Shown piece by piece: positions 28,401-32,000 of a stretch of 32,000 nucleotides of DNA (positions are counted from its first letter, which is position 1; each line of letters opens with the position of its first letter). Source of the DNA: Bacillus subtilis subsp. subtilis str. 168 (GTDB taxonomy: Bacteria; Bacillota; Bacilli; Bacillales; Bacillaceae); the NCBI RefSeq assembly GCF_000009045.1, contig NC_000964.3:2040001-2072000 (forward strand). Reading direction: 5' to 3'. A model generated the notes under the pieces. The model did no database searches. It was not told the DNA's origin and worked only from the letters and a program-made list of their open reading frames with translations. The position numbers were made by a program, and so were the translations under genes.

Positions 28401-29029
28401 CGGACAAAATGATAAATTCTTTTATATGCGAGTAGAGGATATACTATAAAGAACAGTGCTAATAATATAGTCAGTCGTATTTGTTGCTGATCTTCAGTAC
28501 CGAGACTCCTTGAAACTAACGTCTCAGCATATATTCCTTTAAGTGCATCAGGTTTAAAAAGGTAGATGCCAACTATAATAAATGCAAAAAAGAAAATCAA
28601 ATTTATAATTATGCTCTTAGTCCTTATATGCTTAATTCTTTTAAACCTAGAAAAGGGAATGGTTCTATCGTGTACCCGGTATATCATTTGTTGCAAGATG
28701 CTTTTCTCTAACTTATTCTCCATATCATCCGTATCTGTGTTGAATGTAGCTAAGGATATATTTAAGAAACTATATTCCCTGCTGTATTGTTTTTGAAAGG
28801 TATTTAATATGCTACTTTTTCCAGACCCGTAGGGACCAGTTAGGGCGATATTTTTCACTTTTTTATTTTCTAACCCCCAACTTAGTGCTTTAGAATATTT
28901 TCCATCAGTGTCGACATCATTGCTAGGAGAAAGATCTTCAAAAAGGCTTTCTTCCTTAACATTAGGTTCTTTTAGTCTAATCAGAAGTTTCTCTAACCAC
29001 TGCACAAATTTTTTTTTGATTTCCCCCAA
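25424..29029 (-). CDS. yobI: Large KAP-like P-loop NTPase with a TM hairpin inserted in the NTPase domain and a ~900-aa helical C-terminal region (1201 aa)
   Basis: Track ORF 25424-29038. The TTG at 29029 has better spacing (10 nt) from AAGGA. Walker A is LTGPYGSGKSS (28811-28837). Two hydrophobic helices, SIIINLIFFFAFIIVGIYLF and LTILLALFFIVYPLLAY, lie at about 28424-28615. Walker B-like NVVIFEDLDRF is at 28244-28267. Confidence 0.9.
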   Translation of the reverse strand: MGEIKKKFVQWLEKLLIRLKEPNVKEESLFEDLSPSNDVDTDGKYSKALSWGLENKKVKNIALTGPYGSGKSSILNTFQKQYSREYSFLNISLATFNTDTDDMENKLEKSILQQMIYRVHDRTIPFSRFKRIKHIRTKSIIINLIFFFAFIIVGIYLFKPDALKGIYAETLVSRSLGTEDQQQIRLTILLALFFIVYPLLAYKRIYHFVRANLKLNKVTIANTTLEKNTGEENSSIFDKYLDEILYFFEASKYNVVIFEDLDRFNNIGIFERLRELNELINNSEQIDRRVVFIYAIKDDIFGDADTEKLTRDRTKFFDFIIPVIPIINASNSGDILKKKIKHSPYSDLINTHFLEDVTIYIDDMRVLKNIFNEFVIYQQKLSAIDLDPNKMLAMIIYKNIYPVDFSKLQYNKGLVYEIFQKKQLIIEEQIKLINAKIQQLERKLANIEVESLKSIAELNFIYLSELEISNLNSNYDINIDGEVFRGNTSNKDRFFEKLKNADTIYCYLRNRNGPATIKEIATVFGRKPNYFEREDAIKAIEKNEIQKFKKELLELEREKQEIRAQSLQVLITKMNSKDVFSDKLYEKKLLVYLLRHGYIDEMYNHYITYFYPESLSLSDIKFVFSIKNHESLPYSFELDNIGKIMSKLVGAEFKQIEVLNFHLLNYIMDHSEYRNYYDSIIERLANGSKESVTFIDGFKERAINKAAFIQSISSKWDDFWSFIELRSNYTQQKKEEYLSDILTYADIADIIRMNKESVMSFTLSKYLNLLSLVSDEEKIKELLLKLQVKFKSLDHLLNSETIYDFVVQRNLYEINIKTLSVILNDAPNITYAAVKNSDQQAVINYVNDNIDIFVEKVLLTEEIEEPEESFLELLNREDLDKRVKHAMIMKKTFAISDIGELIKELWPIVIRENKMVACWSNVITSYVEYNKKMPDFLIAFLNNPVNRKELSKNNIEAFDDKFDEAILEDISEEIINSRDITDETFEVLIASIQSWIYFPLGNVSEKRAKLLIDNDLLSLTPENFKELKLNFDTLHIQLALRNPDEFIDKQGDFSLDANDIKQLIDSNELSQFNKEIFVQHLNSNCLTDGNNDILKDTIYFINEHNLKITNELLTFLLESPTTLDTRLSLLAGQIKHIDNESITEFLTKIGEPYSEIAEKGRRIKISNNRTNKALVTALESKNYISSFKEDRERLRVNTKKK

Positions 29030-29784
29030 AAAAAACAAATCCTTTCTAAACTTTCAGGTGTAATACGAATTAATAAAACTGGAGCAAAGAACTAAATAAA
29101 TGAGTATGTAGCAATGACAAATCATTTCTCTTCCATCTAATATAGTCCTTTATCGCCAGTTGAAATTCACTATTAATTGTAACATGAAAGGGCATTAAAA
29201 GTTTCTGAAAAAAAGATGATCAATAAACAACACAGCGCCCAATTACAGGACTGTTTCATATTTAAATTGAATTTTTATAAGCATTAATTGCTTCATTTCG
29301 CAGCAGCATATTATCTTTGTTAACCATGCCTAAGTTGTAAGCTTTTTTGATAATATCTAATACCTGAGAATCTAACGCCGAAAGATTACCGCCTGGATTA
29401 AATCTTGATTTCCAATAATCTAAAGAATTATTTAGGTCAAGTGAGCTTTTTTTGTTCTCGGGTTTAACTACTTCATTTTTCTCAAGTGTTTCACAGAATT
29501 CACTAAAACCAATGGATCTACTGGGAGCTGAGTTATTTCCCCCGTATCCTTCTGTAGCCAAGCTGCAAAATGCTAAGAATTTTGGATCATAAATAAGATC
29601 GCTTCAGTTTACATTTACCACTGATAATCACAATCCTCTCAAAGCTTTTTATAATTGTAGCACCTTTTCCATTTTTACACATATTAAATATCGACAATCA
29701 TTCAAATGATTTAATAATTGAATACAAAAAAGAACCTGCATTTTGCAAGTTCCTTTCACGTTGTCAATATATTGTGAATTTTTA

Positions 29785-29813
29785 ACGACAAGGGCATTTA
29801 TGTATAGTATGAT
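29785..29813 (+). promoter_or_regulatory. Probable bsrE promoter
   Basis: ACGACA, 17 nt, TATGAT. Positioned to give a ~255-265 nt transcript ending at the 30051-30086 terminator. Confidence 0.4.
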
Positions 29814-29882
29814 ATTTCCTGTACAGTAAGTTTTGCTCACTCGAGGGAGTCTTGCTCATCCCCTAATGAAAGGGGTGATGCT

Positions 29883-29975
29883 ATGTCAACATTCCAGGCA
29901 TTAATGCTAATGCTTGCAATCGGGTCGTTTATAATCGCCCTATTGACGTATATAGAAAAAATAGACCTCCCTTGA
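29883..29975 (+). CDS. bsrE: Type I toxin, 30-aa hydrophobic peptide
   Basis: Not in the ORF track. GGGGTGA RBS then ATG: MSTFQALMLMLAIGSFIIALLTYIEKIDLP*. The N-terminal MST..(S/A)LM.M motif is shared with the TxpA/BsrG type I toxins. A convergent antisense RNA unit overlaps its 3' end. Confidence 0.85.
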   Translation: MSTFQALMLMLAIGSFIIALLTYIEKIDLP

Positions 29976-30127
29976 GCCTCAGAACCTGAAGGGATAGGCC
30001 TACCTAGAACCACATCGAGCAAGCCCTTTGATGGGCAACTTTTTGTACAGAGCCGGGGTGTTGGTAGCACCTCGGTCTTTTTTATTTTATGCATTTCTCA
30101 TTAAAGAAATGCACTGTAATGTATTGT
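29956..30127 (-). ncRNA. sr5: Antitoxin antisense RNA SR5 (ends approximate)
   Basis: The - strand extended -10 TGTTATAAT (30134-30142) predicts a start near 30127. The - strand terminator is a hairpin at 29966-29998 followed by TCTATTTTTT (to ~29955). The predicted ~170-nt RNA is complementary to the 3' part of the bsrE mRNA, including the last codons. Confidence 0.7.
30051..30086 (+). terminator. Rho-independent terminator of bsrE
   Basis: agccggggtg/cacctcggtct stem with G-U pairs, then ttttttatttt. Confidence 0.7.
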
Positions 30128-30243
30128 AAAACTGATTATAACACATTTTCCGTGAAATGCATTACAATAAACCTCAAGAGACTTGGAAAGCTTTTTTATT
30201 GTTTCTTGTAACGTTATAATGATCTAAAATAGCGCACAAGCCT

Positions 30244-31086
30244 TTATACATCTTCATCATTTCTTACTCTTCTAGCTCGTCTTTCAACATTCCAATTCCC
30301 AATCTTTCCCCAGACATTCTTGTTAGTCCATTTCCCTAGCTTAGTTTTATCAAACCATTCCTGAAACAAAGATATTTCATCTTTCCTTTGCATTGTATCT
30401 TTTAAAAGGAAATAATGTATTATCCAAAAGATATAAAGAGCTGAACAAGAAAGTCCAAAAATAAGTTTATTTACCTCTAACCAATTTCCTAAAACTTGTT
30501 CGCCTAAATATTTATCATATAGAAGGGGTATAAAAGCAAATGCTGAAGCACCGACAAAAAAAGCTAGAGTTTCTTTAAACCATCTAACAAAAACAAAAAC
30601 AGCGCTTAAAATATAATTCGTTCTAAAAAGAACTTTATACCAATTATAATTCTTGTTTAGAGTAACAAATATACTTCTATATTCTTTATTAACTGCTTGA
30701 TCTAACATTCTCATTTTATAAAATAATTTTTTCCTATTCTCGCTGTTCTTGTTTAAAATATACTCTCTGAAACAATCTTCTGTATTCAAAATTTGATCTA
30801 TCAATAAGATGTTTCTAAGTTTTGATAGCTTCCCCTTTTTCCCACTATATTCTTCGAAAAATTTTTCTATAAGGACCATTTTATGGTTTTCATCTTCTTC
30901 ATTCTTTATTTCTTTTAGGGAATAATACATAGGCTCTAAAATTTTTTCTAATGTTTCACCTGATTGAGAGTAGAATCGTTCTATACTTTTTTGTCTTTGA
31001 TTGAATAGCAATGCAACTATACCCGTAATTACTGCAGTAAGAATACCATTTTGTTGTATCCAATTCCAAATATCTAATAACTCCAA
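30244..31086 (-). CDS. yobJ: Membrane protein of unknown function (280 aa)
   Basis: TTG start 7 nt after GGGGAGA. One N-terminal TM (ILTAVITGIVALLF), a ~130-aa soluble K/E-rich region, three C-terminal TM segments and a basic tail (ERRARRVRNDEDV). Confidence 0.8.
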   Translation of the reverse strand: MELLDIWNWIQQNGILTAVITGIVALLFNQRQKSIERFYSQSGETLEKILEPMYYSLKEIKNEEDENHKMVLIEKFFEEYSGKKGKLSKLRNILLIDQILNTEDCFREYILNKNSENRKKLFYKMRMLDQAVNKEYRSIFVTLNKNYNWYKVLFRTNYILSAVFVFVRWFKETLAFFVGASAFAFIPLLYDKYLGEQVLGNWLEVNKLIFGLSCSALYIFWIIHYFLLKDTMQRKDEISLFQEWFDKTKLGKWTNKNVWGKIGNWNVERRARRVRNDEDV

Positions 31087-31196
31087 TTAAGCTTCTCCCC
31101 TTCTCTCTGAATTTACTTTTAATACGGGCTAAAATAAAAAAGGTTTCATATAAAACGGGACTAGAAAACTTCTGTCACTTTAATTATTTAATCCAA

Positions 31197-31228
31197 TAAA
31201 ATAAGCTCTCATTGCGAGAGCTTATTTT
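31197..31228 (-). terminator. Rho-independent terminator after yobK (bidirectional shape)
   Basis: Perfect stem aataagctctc/gagagcttatt with a 5-nt loop, flanked by aaaa and tttt. Confidence 0.75.
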
Positions 31229-31285
31229 ATTTAGATTGAGGATGTGCAACTCAAGCCTTCTATTGCGCTATAGCAATACTTTTGC

Positions 31286-31744
31286 TTAATCGTCCCAGTC
31301 TTCATCCTCATCCCAGTCATCTTTCGCTTCCTGAATCTTATTATAAAAAAATTCAATAAAGCTGTCTGCAACAGTATCTTGATAACCAATTACCCTATCC
31401 CATTCAACTACAGGGCATTCTCCGTCTTTCATTTTATTTGTATCTAGACAGTAAGCAAAGTAATCAACATCTTCAATAACCACAAGTCCATCAGTAAGGC
31501 CATAGTGTTCTTTATATTCATTAGTTCTATTTACAACTGATGCATGATCAAAGTTGTAGCCTAAAACCAAAACGCCGAATAAACCACCAGCACCGTATTT
31601 TTCTAAAAACCATTTATAACTGTTGGGGAGATCGCATTGGAGGTTTTCTTCAATGCGACCAATGTTTTCATGACTTGCACCTTCTGTAAATATAGCATTT
31701 TGTTTATTTTCATTAATAAAGTTCTCAACCTTCGAATAAATCAT
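31286..31744 (-). CDS. yobK: SMI1/KNR4 (SUKH-1) family immunity protein (152 aa)
   Basis: GAGGTG RBS, starting 9 nt after the toxin gene stop. [25 protein letters not shown]... followed by an acidic tail ([11 protein letters not shown]), typical of SUKH immunity proteins paired with LXG toxins. Confidence 0.85.
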
Positions 31745-31753
31745 ATAAACACC

Positions 31754-32000
31754 TCAATTCTCATTTTCAAATTGTTTCGCTCTCCATTTCCAATATCTCT
31801 TTCTAAAGCTCTCGTATTGTGCTTTTAAAACCTTATCATTTCTAAAACTTTCACCATCAGACTTAAGCTGATGAATGACATCACTATATTTTGTATGTAA
31901 GCTGTTCGGGATTTCAAGCATTGGGCCAGGTTCTTCTTGAATCAAGTGATGTAAATTAATCTGTGTACCGTCTTTTGCATAAGGGGCATTCCCGTTTTTC
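31754..32000 (-). CDS. yobL: C-terminal 81 codons of an LXG-family polymorphic toxin (LHH / HNH-EndoVII-fold toxin domain); the gene runs off the right edge
   Basis: The frame is open to the window edge: ENGNAPYAKDGTQINLHHLIQEEPGPMLEIPNSLHTKYSDVIHQL... The M in the track ORF is an internal TTG. The N(L)HH motif and the immediately following SUKH immunity gene support the call. Confidence 0.8.
   Translation of the reverse strand, partial: KNGNAPYAKDGTQINLHHLIQEEPGPMLEIPNSLHTKYSDVIHQLKSDGESFRNDKVLKAQYESFRKRYWKWRAKQFENEN

Noticed and set aside
26837-28796. Track ORFs antisense to yobI (26837-27040, 27978-28412, 28566-28796)
   Set aside because: They lie opposite a 1201-codon gene with clear NTPase motifs. 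AT-rich DNA yields long antisense ORFs by chance.
29649-30094. Track ORFs 29649-29840 and 29837-30094 on the - strand
   Set aside because: They cover the bsrE promoter and the bsrE/SR5 overlap. The locus is explained by the 30-codon + strand toxin ORF and the non-coding antisense RNA.
31637-31945. Track ORF 31637-31828 (+) and the apparent 63-aa ORF 31754-31945 (-)
   Set aside because: The first is antisense to yobK and yobL. The second is only the tail of yobL, and its M is an internal TTG in a frame that stays open to the window edge.

Overview
From memory, this window matches the Bacillus subtilis 168 chromosome from yoaP to yobL. I could not run a search to confirm that. The left ~9.4 kb holds ordinary chromosomal genes: a GNAT acetyltransferase, a VanW-like protein, a DUF2975 membrane protein with a small HTH partner, a divergent LysR/EamA pair, a DJ-1/PfpI protein and the class A beta-lactamase penP. 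From about 9.5 kb onward the sequence is visibly AT-richer and looks like a decayed, SPbeta-like prophage or conflict island. This is the region I remember being called prophage-like element 6. Two housekeeping-looking genes, pps and xynA, sit inside it.

The island carries:
- a duplicated 430-bp module encoding a small secreted Tyr-rich protein
- a second copy of a CPCC zinc-ribbon mini-protein
- an SRAP/YedK-type gene followed by a 32-codon DNA-ligase stub
- a holin stub with an in-frame stop
- the rapK-phrK cassette
- a yolD/uvrX-like SOS operon that keeps two LexA boxes but is inactivated by a nonsense codon at the catalytic Glu, one or two probable frameshifts and a 3' truncation
- the 1201-aa membrane-inserted KAP-like P-loop NTPase yobI
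- the type I toxin-antitoxin pair bsrE/SR5, which is invisible in the ORF track
- the membrane protein yobJ, and the SMI1/KNR4 immunity gene yobK with the 3' end of the LXG toxin gene yobL

The items most worth follow-up are:
- yobI and its neighbours as an uncharacterised conflict or defence locus
- a promoter-plus-terminator unit between pps and xynA that predicts a ~117-nt RNA antisense to the pps promoter
- pps, which has the architecture of a rifampicin phosphotransferase rather than a PEP synthase
- the duplicated secreted-peptide module

I saw no CRISPR array, tRNA, rRNA, IS element, integrase or transposase. Family assignments rest on motifs I can read and on recollection, with no database search. 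Gene symbols are from memory.
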